A DNA stretch of 60,962 bases, the filler included, from Circinaria calcarea (lineage: Eukaryota), in the NCBI GenBank assembly GCA_051942165.1. It is 15 parts of 15 records of this genome, joined end to end, with 100 filler letters (N's around TTAATTAATTAA, not from the genome) between each part and the next. Parts side by side here need not be neighbours in the genome. Positions count along the whole stretch, not along the records: positions 48,879 to 52,840 come from JAVECS010002532.1; positions 52,941 to 56,901 come from JAVECS010002533.1; positions 57,002 to 60,962 come from JAVECS010002534.1; 12 more parts are not named here. One strand, given 5' to 3'. A program made the position numbers and the translations under genes. The notes beneath the pieces were generated by a model. That model searched no databases, was not told the origin of the DNA, and saw nothing but the letters and a program-made list of their open reading frames with translations. Positions 50,251 to 60,962 of the stretch are shown here, in pieces (position 1 is the stretch's first letter; each line of letters opens with the position of its first letter).

Positions 50251-50540
50251 TACGGCCAGGTACTTTATTAATTTTATATCGCGGGGTGGTTATCAGTGTC
50301 TGGCTTCGGTCCACCTGATTCCCCTCGTTTATTAATCTTTTACATCTGGCACCTGTCGACTAAAAAGTATCATATCTGCTCGCATTATTACAGCCGGGTA
50401 TTTCTTATACCTACGTCGTGGCTGTGGTTATCAGCATCTAGCTTCGGTCGGCTTTTTTTATTCCATTTTTTAGTCAATCTTCTCTGTCTAATAATTATCG
50501 ATTAGAAGTATCTCTACTCGTGTTATTACGGCCGGGTATA
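50251..50540. repeat. Degenerate 138-bp tandem repeat (~2.1 copies) in a RIP-like relic
   Basis: TAC(G/A)GCC(A/G)GGTA recurs at 50251, 50389 and 50527; GGTTATCAG..TCT.GCTTCGGTC recurs at ~50289 and ~50426. Confidence 0.65.
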
Positions 50541-51039
50541 CTACTCTTCCCTTTGCCTCGTCGAGCCAAGCGCTATGTATACCGTATCGGGCATAAAGCA
50601 ACCAATGTTCTTATGGTAGCTCTACGGAGTTTGGTGGATAATAAACGCTCAAAGAGCGTCGGGTGGAGGCAATTAAGCCGATGATTACCACTCTTAAGTT
50701 GCTATAAATAAGAATTGTCCATCACCAGAGCCTATAGCCAAGCGTGGGAGAGGCCATCAGACCAGAGTTGGTAGACAAGCTTAGAAAATACGGGGCAGCT
50801 ATCAGATCCGGGACGTATGAAGAAAGCGAAGAAGTCGTAACGGCAAGCACGGAAGCTGTGGGCCGAAACGCGGTGACGAGTAGAGCCAGACAGACAGAAA
50901 TCCAGAATCATACCCTTATGGAGGACTTCACAGCTCGTGATGATCAGGTGGATATAGTAGGGCAGATTTTACACCTTTCGTCGGAGGTAATCCCGGGGCA
51001 TAGGCCGTGGTTACAACCGGACTTTCACATCGCACATCA

Positions 51040-51777
51040 TTACGAGCAGAATATCGCATGGATGCTGAAATTAGAGGCAACCCAACGTTCGTTTATTAGT
51101 CGACCATGTTCTTCGAACACGGCTGATCTTTTCCCGAATGTGGCAGCGGAATCTGTGAGCATTTCTCGGGGCTGTTCATAATGGCTAGCCCGGACCACCT
51201 GTCTACGTAATTCTGATGGAGCTGTGCATCTTGCAAGAACAAGGTTGCCTAATATCGGGAAAGATGGAAACATCTTAATATCTCTATGATTATTTGCGCG
51301 AAACAACGTCTCTTCTGTCAAGATCCTATCAGGACAACAGCCATCTTTATGGCGCTCCCGGAGATAGCTGCGACTCGGATCTGGAGCCGTATATATTATA
51401 TAAAGGAGGCTTTCATCCTCTGGATTGAAAAGGAAATCTGGCCAAATCTTTCGTTTAAATAATAAACGCTGAATTACTAAGGACACGCCCTCGTGAACGG
51501 TCAGGCCGTTGGCGCTTCTAGGCTCTTTCTGGTCTTCGTGACGACCCAGAGTGCGCCGCGGAACATTACCGCTGGGGAGAGACAGCTTCTGGCCTTTGCC
51601 GTTTCGTCGAGCATGCGTCGTCCTTAAGATTCTAGGCGCCCTTGAGCGCTGCGAGCAGTATAGGCAAGCTGTGCTCACAGTGGAAAGAGGAAATCTTGTC
51701 GCCCAGGGTAAGATTTGGAAACTTAGCATCTTTTTTCGGTGATGCTTCTGTAGCCCTTGGGGTGGTGGTCCCACCAC
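51040..51777 (-). CDS. Hypothetical protein or gene relic
   Basis: 245-codon ORF, no recognised motif, boundaries uncertain. Confidence 0.3.
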   Translation of the reverse strand: MVGPPPQGLQKHHRKKMLSFQILPWATRFPLSTVSTACLYCSQRSRAPRILRTTHARRNGKGQKLSLPSGNVPRRTLGRHEDQKEPRSANGLTVHEGVSLVIQRLLFKRKIWPDFLFNPEDESLLYIIYTAPDPSRSYLRERHKDGCCPDRILTEETLFRANNHRDIKMFPSFPILGNLVLARCTAPSELRRQVVRASHYEQPREMLTDSAATFGKRSAVFEEHGRLINERWVASNFSIHAIFCS

Positions 51778-53475
51778 CCACGATATCCGATCCCACCGCC
51801 TCCTCTACCGCCTCATATCAGCTGGAAACGTCGTGCCCGAGTATTCTAGGGTTCAGAGTATGCTCTTTCTATAGAATACCAGGAACTACTACATATATGG
51901 AACAGGGAATAAAACTACGTCGAATAGAAACTCCAAAAGAGAGTATGAACACGCTGCAGAAGTCCCGACCAGTAATAAAAGAATACTGCTAGGTTAATCG
52001 AATAAAGTGTGATCGAGTTGGAAACCCAAAGCGGCTGACCTCACAGAAAGTGGCGGCAACTAGGGATCAAAGAGTGACAGAACTGACATAATAGATATCT
52101 GAACTATAGGGGTCAGTACCTGGATTCCCTCAATCAGATAGATTATCTTCGAGCTCAGCTAAACACGACCGGCGGGCATCTTCTACTGAAACGTCAAAGG
52201 ATGCGGTTAGCTAAAAGACTATCGAGTGAATGAGATATTCGAGGACTCGGATCCACTCTCAAGGAGAAAGGGGGGGTTTTATGGGAAGTAGAGTAGGTGG
52301 AGGGCGGGCCGGGATCCATCGCAATCCTAACGAAGATCTTATAGTAAACAACGACGTATTGATTTCGTGGTTGACTTTCAACTAATCTAGAAACTCCGAA
52401 GACTGGGCCAATCACCGCCATAGCATCAGGGAGAAACCCCTTATTTGAAAGCTCAACCTCTATCAGGTGGCTAAGAACTTGTTAGCAATCATTGACTGTT
52501 TTGAGGACTAAGACCATCGATGTCGAAACCCGTCGTCAGAATCTGCCTGTTTTGCCGAAACAACCACAATAGAAGTCATAGAGAATTATGGGGTGAAGTC
52601 TGCCTGGTTCCTGAATCGGCAGCTGTCCCATGGATCAAAAAGTCAACATGGGGGATAGTCAAATATTAGTCAGTTCAGTATGCTCAGCGGTGCAAGAAGG
52701 ATACAACCTTCTCTCGGACAATATATAAACCTCTAAGGTACCTTACCCTACGGTTATATTTAGGCAAATAGTGAGTATCTTTTGAGCCTAAAGACATGTT
52801 GAATAGAATAGCTTAAAGGCACGCTAGGCAAAGACGGCCANNNNNNNNNNNNNNNNNNNNNNNNNNNNNNNNNNNNNNNNNNNNTTAATTAATTAANNNN
52901 NNNNNNNNNNNNNNNNNNNNNNNNNNNNNNNNNNNNNNNNGGAGTCAGAATATGGGATTGGGGGAAAAAACACAAAAGGAAAAGGGATGGGGAGAGGGAG
53001 AAATTACGTGAAGAATAGAACACAAAATGCAAAAGGATCTACCTCCGCCCGCCCCAAGAGAATACGGAGGAGAACACGTACGGTTCAAACGAGCATGCTT
53101 CTTAGTTCAGGATGAAATCCCCCCCCCCTCCCTCCTCCTCTCAACTAGTAAGGTTCCTGGTAGAAAGCCACGCCGCGACAGAGGGCATTCTTTCATGGTA
53201 CTGTTGAATGATACTACCACAAGTTCCACTTGCCCCGCCATTGCACATCCTTTCTGTTTCTCTCAGTATCACTCAGACGAGAAGCAGACACAAATACATA
53301 CAAAATCTATCCCGTCAGCGTACAAGAGAGTATAGAACTAATAATGTACAAACATCAGTGGAGATTCTGGCTTATGCAAGGGTCCGCCTCAACGCCTTTC
53401 CCTATTTCCATCGCTGTACAAATGCACATCACAGCTTGAAAGGGAAAAAAAACATTGCGGGTTTCACCTATCCCT

Positions 53476-55014
53476 TTATTTGAGGATTTGAGTGACCAGC
53501 CCTGTAGCAACGGTTCTACCGCCCTCTCGGATATTGAAGCGCTGACCGCTCTCGACAGCTACCGGATTGTGGAGCTCGCAGACCATTTCGACATTATCAC
53601 CGGGCATGACCAACTTGGAATCCCGGTCTGGGGTGTCGTCTGGCCAGTTGAGGGCAGCGGCTTCGTCTATAAATTGTTAGTTACAACAGTCATAGGACCT
53701 TGACTTGAGACCAATCCTTACCAGCAGTTCGGAGGAAGATTTGCGGGCGGTAGTTATCCCGGAATCCAGTATGCCGGCCGCCCTCCTCCTTCGTCAAGAC
53801 ATACATGGACACCATAAACTTCTGGTGAGCCTTGGTGGTGCCGGGCCTAGCAACCACCATACCTCGTCGAACATCTTCCCGCTTAACACCTCGAAGCAAT
53901 AATCCAGAATTATCGCCTGCCCTCGACTCATCACATGATTTCTTGAATGTCTCGATATCAGTCACTTTGGTCTTTATCGGCTCGCCGACCTTGCCAACCA
54001 ACTCGACTTCTGCATCTCGTTTCAAAGTACCACGCTCAACACGACCTGAAGCAACCGTTCCACGACCGGGGATAGAAAAGACATCTTCCACAGACATCAG
54101 AAATGGCTTCTCCGTGTCTCGAACCGGTTCTGGAATCCAGGTGTCAACTGCGTTAAGGAGTTCGTCAATCTTCTCAACACCAATATCAGGTCGTCGACCT
54201 TCTAGTGCGCAGAGAGCAGATCCAAGGACAATCGGTGTCTCGTCTCCTTCAAATCCATATGTTGTTAGAAGCTCCCTCATCTCCATTTCCACGAGCTCCA
54301 ACATCTCTGGGTCCTCGATTGCGTCCACCTTATTCACGAATACAACAATCTTCTGGACACCGACTTGGCGAGCAAGTAGCAAATGTTCTCTGGTCTGAGG
54401 CCTGTACCGTATTAAATTTAGTCCCCCAATGAAATCTTATCCCTACTCACATCTGACCGTCCGAAGCTGCTACCACAATCACTGCCCCGTCCATATTCGA
54501 AGCTCCAGTAATCATGTTCTTGATGTAATCCGCGTGACCGGGACAATCAACATGGGAGTAATGCCGTAGGTCGGTTTGATATTCGATATGTGCCGTTGAG
54601 ATTGTAATTCCACGCTTCCGCTCTTCGGGCGCCTTGTCAATGGCTCCATAGTCGAGGAAGGCGGCATAGCCCTTTTCAGCCTGTCGCTTCGTTATAGCAG
54701 CAGTGAGGGTAGTCTGTGCATTGCAGATTAGCAAGACTAGAAAGCTCAGGACCGCTTGCGGGGGCGCGCACCTTTCCATGATCAACGTGCCCGATGGTAC
54801 CTGTATGATTAGCCTCGGAGTTTTCGTGAGTGACTCAAGGCCCCATACCAATATTTACGTGCGGCTTGTTCCTCTCAAAGACTGTAGCAAGCCCTCGAGC
54901 ACCATTACGATCACGCCCAAACACTTGCTGGATCGGATTGACGCCTCTCTGTTGTCGGATGGCAAGTCGACTCGTCCTCAATAGAGGTGTCAATGATCGC
55001 GTGAGGGTAGACAT
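53476..55014 (-). CDS. TUF1: Mitochondrial elongation factor Tu, multi-exon
   Basis: Presequence [68 protein letters not shown] and [10 protein letters not shown]. Confidence 0.98.
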
Positions 55015-55695
55015 CCTGTAACGCCCGAAATAACAAACCTACAGAGGGGAGCTTGAAAACAGTATGTGAAGATATTCATGCACTTGCGTGGTACGGACGA
55101 GTCTCTGGTCATCGAAATTTCTTTAGCGCGAAATTCTAAAATCTCGCCGTTGATTCGCTGAAAGCTCTAGAACAGCCGAAGAGCTTAGATGTGTAGATAA
55201 ATAATTAGGGTATACCGTTTATAAACTACAATGGAGCAGAAGGTTATAGGGAAGATTCATAGGGTTACAACCTCAGTCTTCAAATATGGTTTCTCTCAGC
55301 TCGGATCTGCATATTATAAGATTCTTTGAGTTTGGATTAGATCATATATCAACTCCCCAGCAGCATTGCTCAATGCTATCTATCATCCTGACCTTGTAGT
55401 TTTTTGAAAGTACCTACAAACCTGTTATATACGGCTCTCTCCACCACTGTCTGTGATTGTCTTCGGGAACGGCAAATTGTTTTCTCGTCTGTGAAAGACT
55501 CGAGCGTGCATTCTACCCTAGCCCCATCACAGCGAAGTGTTTTTGCAATGGAAGCCTTTGTCAGTCACTCAACCCAGCGGCCAGAAGGGGTTTCGAGTCA
55601 AAGCCTTGGCTGTATCAAACCCCAACGTCGTAAGGGCCCTCAGTGGAGAATCTGCGCTAGATTCCGAAGGTCCTGCCTCCCTCAACTTCCAATCC

Positions 55696-56412
55696 TCATT
55701 TCTTCACCTTTGCTTCGACAAACATCGTGACCATTCCTCCCGGTACTCCTTGCATCTCCTTCCACTCCTTCGCCCCCTTCACTTGCGCGATTCTCTCCTT
55801 GATCCTCTTCACTAACAGTGCCGCCTCATCCATGGTGACCTTCCGTCCCTTCTTCTTCGTCGCAATGATAATTTCCACCCGTCTCCCTTGCTCCAAGAAC
55901 TCCTTCATCTTCTTCATCCGGTGCCCTAGGTCATTGGCATCAATTGCCCATCCCAATTCCAATTGCTTCGTTGTATTAGAAATGTCTTTGGCGGGCTTCG
56001 ACTTGGCCCGCTCGGCTTCGCGGACTTTGATTTTATCCAGGATCTTACAGACGGGCATATCCTCGCTATCGGGAGGTGATACCTGGACTAGATAGTATTT
56101 CTGGCGGTCAAAGGACGAAAGGACGGAACGTAGTGATTCGGCGGGTTTTAGTGAGCCATTGTCGTCGACGACGCGGACGTCACGAGATCTAATAGCTTCA
56201 TCACGTAAAGGACCTTCTTGCTGCTGGGGTTTATAAACGCGCCCACTCACAAAAGTGAATTGCCTGCGCTGTCGACAGGAAACTGGAATTCGCAAATGGG
56301 GCTGACATGCTGGAGCTCGAAGACCAATAGAAGAGGTAGTCACTGGTACAGTCACTGGTAAGAAGACTCGTCGCAAAGCTTCAGCGGTATTAAATAGCTG
56401 CTTAGTATGCAT
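55696..56412 (-). CDS. Mitochondrial translation initiation factor IF-3-like protein
   Basis: RDEAIRSRDVRVVDDNG...LVQVS...PVCKI...KQLELGWAIDANDLGHRMKKMKEFLEQGRRVEI, the IF3-N / IF3-C layout, with an Arg-rich presequence. Confidence 0.85.
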   Translation of the reverse strand: MHTKQLFNTAEALRRVFLPVTVPVTTSSIGLRAPACQPHLRIPVSCRQRRQFTFVSGRVYKPQQQEGPLRDEAIRSRDVRVVDDNGSLKPAESLRSVLSSFDRQKYYLVQVSPPDSEDMPVCKILDKIKVREAERAKSKPAKDISNTTKQLELGWAIDANDLGHRMKKMKEFLEQGRRVEIIIATKKKGRKVTMDEAALLVKRIKERIAQVKGAKEWKEMQGVPGGMVTMFVEAKVKK

Positions 56413-56585
56413 AATCGTTGATAGAGCACAAGTCTCCCGATTAGATAGATATTGGGGAAGAGGCATCAAACTCTCGGCGCTGTCCAACGCACGGACAATC
56501 TTTGCGTGTAGTTTTCCCCAATCCAACCTCACTCCGCCCAAAAGCTCCGCAACTGAGAGCAATCAGACAACGCCATGACCCTTCG

Positions 56586-56901
56586 ATGAACCATATGCCC
56601 CACAGCATCAAGAAACTCTTCAACCCCAACATCCCCACCCTCTTCGGCGCCCAGTCGCTCCCCTCCCTAATCATCAACTTCACCAAAGGCGCATTCTTCC
56701 TGCACCTCTACAATGAATACATTGGCTCCGTCAAATGGACCGCTGGGCCTTCGATGCTCCCCACCTTAAACGCGCATGGCGACGCCGTCTACATTTCCAA
56801 GTTCTATCGTCGAGGCCTGGGCATCCGGGTGGGAGATGTGGTGAGTGTTAAGCATCCGATGTTTCCGGGGGTGGGGGCGTCGAAACGGGTGCTGGGGATG
56901 C
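56586..56901 (+). CDS. IMP1: Mitochondrial inner membrane peptidase subunit (S26, Imp1-like), 3' truncated
   Basis: GPSMLPTL (catalytic Ser), VGDVVS...P and SKRVLGM (catalytic Lys). Confidence 0.85.
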
Positions 56902-57001
56902 NNNNNNNNNNNNNNNNNNNNNNNNNNNNNNNNNNNNNNNNNNNNTTAATTAATTAANNNNNNNNNNNNNNNNNNNNNNNNNNNNNNNNNNNNNNNNNNN
57001 N

Positions 57002-57447
57002 AGTTGTTGCCAACGCTCAAGCTCGGCTTTCCGCACAAATACAAGTTCGTAAAGGTCAGTAGTCCTTTGCTCAAACTCGACGCCCATACCTGGACGGAAA
57101 CGGTAGTAGTCCCAATCGTCATCATTACGAATTTGAATAAAATACGCGCCCGCTTCGGTAGTACCCATGGCCGGTAGCAGCTTCACATGTTCCGACAGCT
57201 TCTCTGCAACAGACCTAGGAAGCGGTGCACCAGCAAAGTAGATATATTTAAGGTCCCGGAGACGCTCGAGGCCAACAGGGTCGCAGCAAAGAGTTTCTAT
57301 CAGGGAAGGTGGCATGATGGCTCCGGCAGCGTTGCCGAATTCAAGGATTTGAGTGACACTGGCAGCTATAGCGGGACCTAAACTACCCGGACCGATTATA
57401 ATAATAATATTAAGAAAAACGGTTATCTGCAGAACGATAATATTAAG
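57002..57447 (-). pseudogene. NRPS-like (adenylation/reductase type) enzyme, downstream part of the A domain
   Basis: PPSLIETL, LKYIYFAGAPL, MGTTEAG, DWDYYRF and LYELVF; Ile-rich VFLNIIIIIGP suggests G>A damage. Confidence 0.8.
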
Positions 57448-57737
57448 CTACGGCGTCACTAATAGGCATTGATTAATGAGTGAAAGAGTGAGTGGTGCAA
57501 CTACGTGTACGGGTTGCTCTGTGTGTAACTGCTATGCTGCATGCTATGCAGCGAGGAAATCTATCTATGTGTGCGTGTGGGCGCTTGGAATAATATGCGC
57601 CCGAGGAGCTAATCTAAAAGGTTTGATAAGACCGCCAAAAAAAAACCCCCCCGGGCTGAAAAAGCGCCCACTATTTTGCCATCAACGATAATGTTCCAGC
57701 TAAAGCAACGGCCCAATTATCGCATCTCAACTTAGTT

Positions 57738-60116
57738 ATGTCTATCAGCTCCTCCAAACTTTGCTCAGCTTGTTCATCACTTGATCTCCGACGTGATGAT
57801 TTCGAGCGGCCACCATTCGAGCCAGAAGGCAGGTACAACAGCCTTGTTTTGACAGGCTCGATGGGTTATCTCCGCAGCAAAAAAAACTCATGCCCACTTT
57901 GCCACCTGGTCTTACATGCGCTATGCAGAAATGAAGGGCAAACTATAGATAAACAGGGTGATGAGACCAAATGGGAGATGACATGGAGCCAAAATAATCA
58001 AGAGTATGACCCCGAGAGCAACGAGGCTGAGAACTTCTATGGTTCCGGGCTCTACCCTAGATTGAAAGCGGAGAATAGTTACACTGATCATTGCATCCAA
58101 TTGGTGGATGAAGCGTCTACAGATGGTTTTTTAAGAGGAAGAGACATTCCGGAGTCGATTGACCCTGAAATGATACAGGGCTGGATACGAAGGTGTACGG
58201 AGACGCACGGCGAAGGCTGTAAACAATCTTACCTTCGGGTTGCGCCGCATCCAGCTGCAATGATGGAGTTTATGGTGATTGATGTGAACAAGGAGTGTCT
58301 TGTCAATATGCCATCTAGGGCGAAATACGTTGCGTTGAGCTATGTATGGGGCCGGGCAAAATTTCTCACGACCGTCAAGTCTGTTGTATCAGAATTCCAC
58401 ATGCGAGGTGCGTTCAACAAGAGAAAACCTCCCAAGACTATCCAAGACGCAATTGATCTCACTCAAGCTCTTGGATTCCAGTATCTCTGGGTAGATGCTC
58501 TCTGCATTGTCCAAGATGAAGAGAAGACCAAAGGACTTCTTATCTCCAACATGGACGCAGTGTACGGCCATGCAGCGCTTACAATTGTTGCTGCGTCAGG
58601 ACTTGATGCAGATGCTGGTCTCCGCGGATCGAAGAGTAGTCACCGGGAGCGACACATCTTTACTGAGGACATGGGACCTGGTTGGAAGCTTGGAGTGCTT
58701 ACTGCATTTGATGCCACAATTATGAAATCTCCTCACGCACAAAGAGGATGGACGTAAGCTGTCATCATTTCTGCCTACATGGGCTATAAGATGCTCAAAA
58801 ACCAAAACAGATATCAAGAAGGTTGCATATCTCCACGATGCTTAGTGATACTCGATGGCAAGGCGTTCTTCTCTTGCCGAGCTTCTATCTGGCGTGAAGA
58901 TGTCATGGCAGAAGTTGACGGCGTGAAGCCGTTTGAAGGAGCAAACATTCTGGGCCGAACGCCTTCTCCTTGGCCTCTTCGAAGGTATTCACAGATCGTC
59001 CAAGCGTATACGATGCGTCAACTTACGTATCGGTCCGACGTTCTAAACGCGTTCGCGGGTATTGCGAAAGCAATAACATATTCGATGGCGTCTACAAGAA
59101 TGTTCTATGCCATGCCAGCTGTGGCGTTTGATTGGGCCATTCTCTGGACACGCCACTTGAGGTTAAGGAACTTGAAGCGTCACTCTGGCTTCCCTAGCTG
59201 GGCTTGGGTTGGATGGGAAGGTGAGATATTGATGGCGGGTGATACTTATAGTTCCTTTGATCAGCATTGGCTCTTGACACGGACATGGGTAGAATGGTAT
59301 ATAGTCCTCGAGGACGGTGAAACGGTTCTTATATGGGATCCTGAACGGGACAAGAGTATTGTTTCAACCCTCACTATGAGTGATACCGAAAGCGCCGGCG
59401 GAAGCTCCAATAAAGAAAAAGAAGACGGCGGAAACGAGGAAAGCGACGGGGAAGATGACGAAGACATCTGTCCCACGTACGACAACCCATCATCGAATAA
59501 TAATCCTTACGGACGAAAATTGAAGCCGCAACTTCTCTCAGCTCTTCCAGAACAGCCGGATTCGAAGCAGCGTAAGCCATCCGATCGGTCTCGTGTCTCG
59601 CCCGGTACCCTCCTCTTCTCGACTGTTGTAGCTAGATTCACACTCGAATCTGCAAGCTCATCAATCCCAGGAGGGACGTTCATTTCCAAACTCCGTGATT
59701 CCACTCACCGTATGTGCGGCTTCATCTGGGAAGACTTAGAGCGGGTTGCCTCAGAAGAGTATTTACAGGAAGCACGAGAGATCCTTTTGCTTTCACAAGT
59801 CTCGCCAGGGACATCAAATATGTTCAACCGGAAGGATGTGGGCTTTGCTGATGAATACCGACAGCGGATGACGAGAGAAGAGGCGTTGGAGGCGTCATCG
59901 AAAGGAGAGGAAGTAGATGGAGAAGATATCCTTAATAAGTGGCATAGCTGGGATTTTTTCAATGTTATGCTTGTAGTAAGGGTCAACAATAAAGAAGAAA
60001 GCGGTGATGATGAGCTGTGTGTGTATGAACGCGGCGGGATTGGGTTTCTCCATAAAAAAGCTCTTGCTTATGCGCTAAGTCCAGATCCATATTGGAAAAT
60101 AATTTATTTAAAATAA
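57738..60116 (+). CDS. Heterokaryon incompatibility (HET-domain, TOL-like) protein, 773 aa; intron 58754-58810
   Basis: YVALSYVWG, PKTIQDAI...LGFQYLWVDALCIVQD, MDAVYGHAALTIVAASG, RGWT-YQE, YTMRQLTYRSDVLNAFAG and FPSWAWVGW; both exons are open. Confidence 0.95.
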
Positions 60117-60119
60117 CCG

Positions 60120-60487
60120 TGTAAGGGCGCTGCAATCCTTGGGGCTTATTGAGGAATATGATAAGTCCCGATTGGTGACAGCACGGTTACATAGGGTGTA
60201 GTTGAACTGTTGCCCTAGGCTCAATATAAAAGGAGTATATTGAACTCGTTATGGTTCTATTAACATGCTATTCTAAAGAGCGAGGAATAGCTTGGTTATA
60301 TAATAGCCTGAGCACTCCGAGCACCCTGAGCACGCCCCTGCTCATTCTGCTCTCCCTGCTCAACCTGAGCACCCTGAGCACCATGAGCACTGCCCTGCTC
60401 ACTCTGCTCAGTCTGCTCCGTCACGTGTGGTGAACCCGCTAGTCCATTCTTGGCTCTGGACCCTGAGTATGGTGTCGCGCCATAACA
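60120..60487. mobile_element. Solo-LTR-like element, related to 48962-49262
   Basis: TG...CA ends with an imperfect terminal inverted repeat (TGTAAGGG / TGTTATGG), TATAAAA box, and blocks shared with the contig-13 copy; the flanks do not form a TSD. Confidence 0.62.
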
Positions 60488-60506
60488 CGAAGTTGGAATT
60501 TCTCAC

Positions 60507-60962
60507 CAGTAGTTCCTAACGTGTGGAAGATTAACCAAGGATCAGATCTGCCTTCCTCCTACGATTTATTATAAGGGAAAGAACGAGCCTTCTCGTCCCG
60601 TAGCCATGCGGACGTTTCTGGGATCTCTATTGATCGAATTTCCGATGTTTTTTCAACGACTTGATTGACTAGAAGTCCACTGGCCGCTGCATGAAGATAT
60701 GTACTGCATTTGGTGGCTTGAAGTAGATGGATTTGCGCATCTGGTGTTGCGAACGGCGAGGGTAGCAAGAGCTTGCAAAGTCGTATATTAGCTACGATCT
60801 TGTCACGTGGATCGTGATTTCCATACCTGCTTGCCAATTTTGACTACTGCCACAGCAAGAATAGGATACCTTAAATCTTTGGGTCCGGCATATGCTATCG
60901 TCTCGAACTTGTGCGAGGATCTATGTAGATTTTCTTGAAGCCACCATGAAGCGTGATCTATA
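60507..60962 (-). pseudogene. NRPS-like enzyme, upstream part of the A domain
   Basis: IDHASWWL...FETIAYAGPKDLRYPILAVAVVK..LLLPSPF...FPYNKS*EEGRSDPWLIFHTLGTTG. TAG at 60559-60561 (likely TGG) and the P-loop HTSGTTG changed to HTLGTTG (TTA 60517-60519). Confidence 0.82.

Noticed and set aside
53832..54398. Long antisense ORFs over TUF1, ArgRS, the reductase and the HET gene
   Set aside because: Shadow frames of well-supported genes on the opposite strand.

Overview
This window is not one locus. It is an artificial concatenation of 15 unlinked contigs of 3961-3979 bp, sorted by decreasing length and joined by 14 identical 100-nt spacers (N44-TTAATTAATTAA-N44). Fourteen contigs are nuclear DNA of a filamentous ascomycete, with short GT-AG introns, RIP-like C>T/G>A damage and frameshifts at homopolymers; a lichen-forming Lecanoromycete is possible but inferred. 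They carry housekeeping genes (ArgRS, Pus7, CTNNBL1, Ags, mitochondrial EF-Tu, IF-3 and Imp1), two PTH11-like receptors, several pseudogenes, a TA-flanked MITE and two related LTR-like elements. Contig 11 (40746-44713) is mitochondrial (TGA=Trp). Most notable: (1) the 3' end of cob runs in frame, with no stop, through a ~154-codon linker into an intact cox2, suggesting a Cob-Cox2 polyprotein; (2) it is followed by an unrecognised 576-codon mitochondrial membrane-protein ORF; (3) an intact HET-domain gene plus an LTR sit inside a split, RIP-damaged NRPS-like gene; (4) a gene combines a GIY-YIG-like nuclease with three GATA-like zinc fingers. All calls come from motif recognition by eye; no searches were run.
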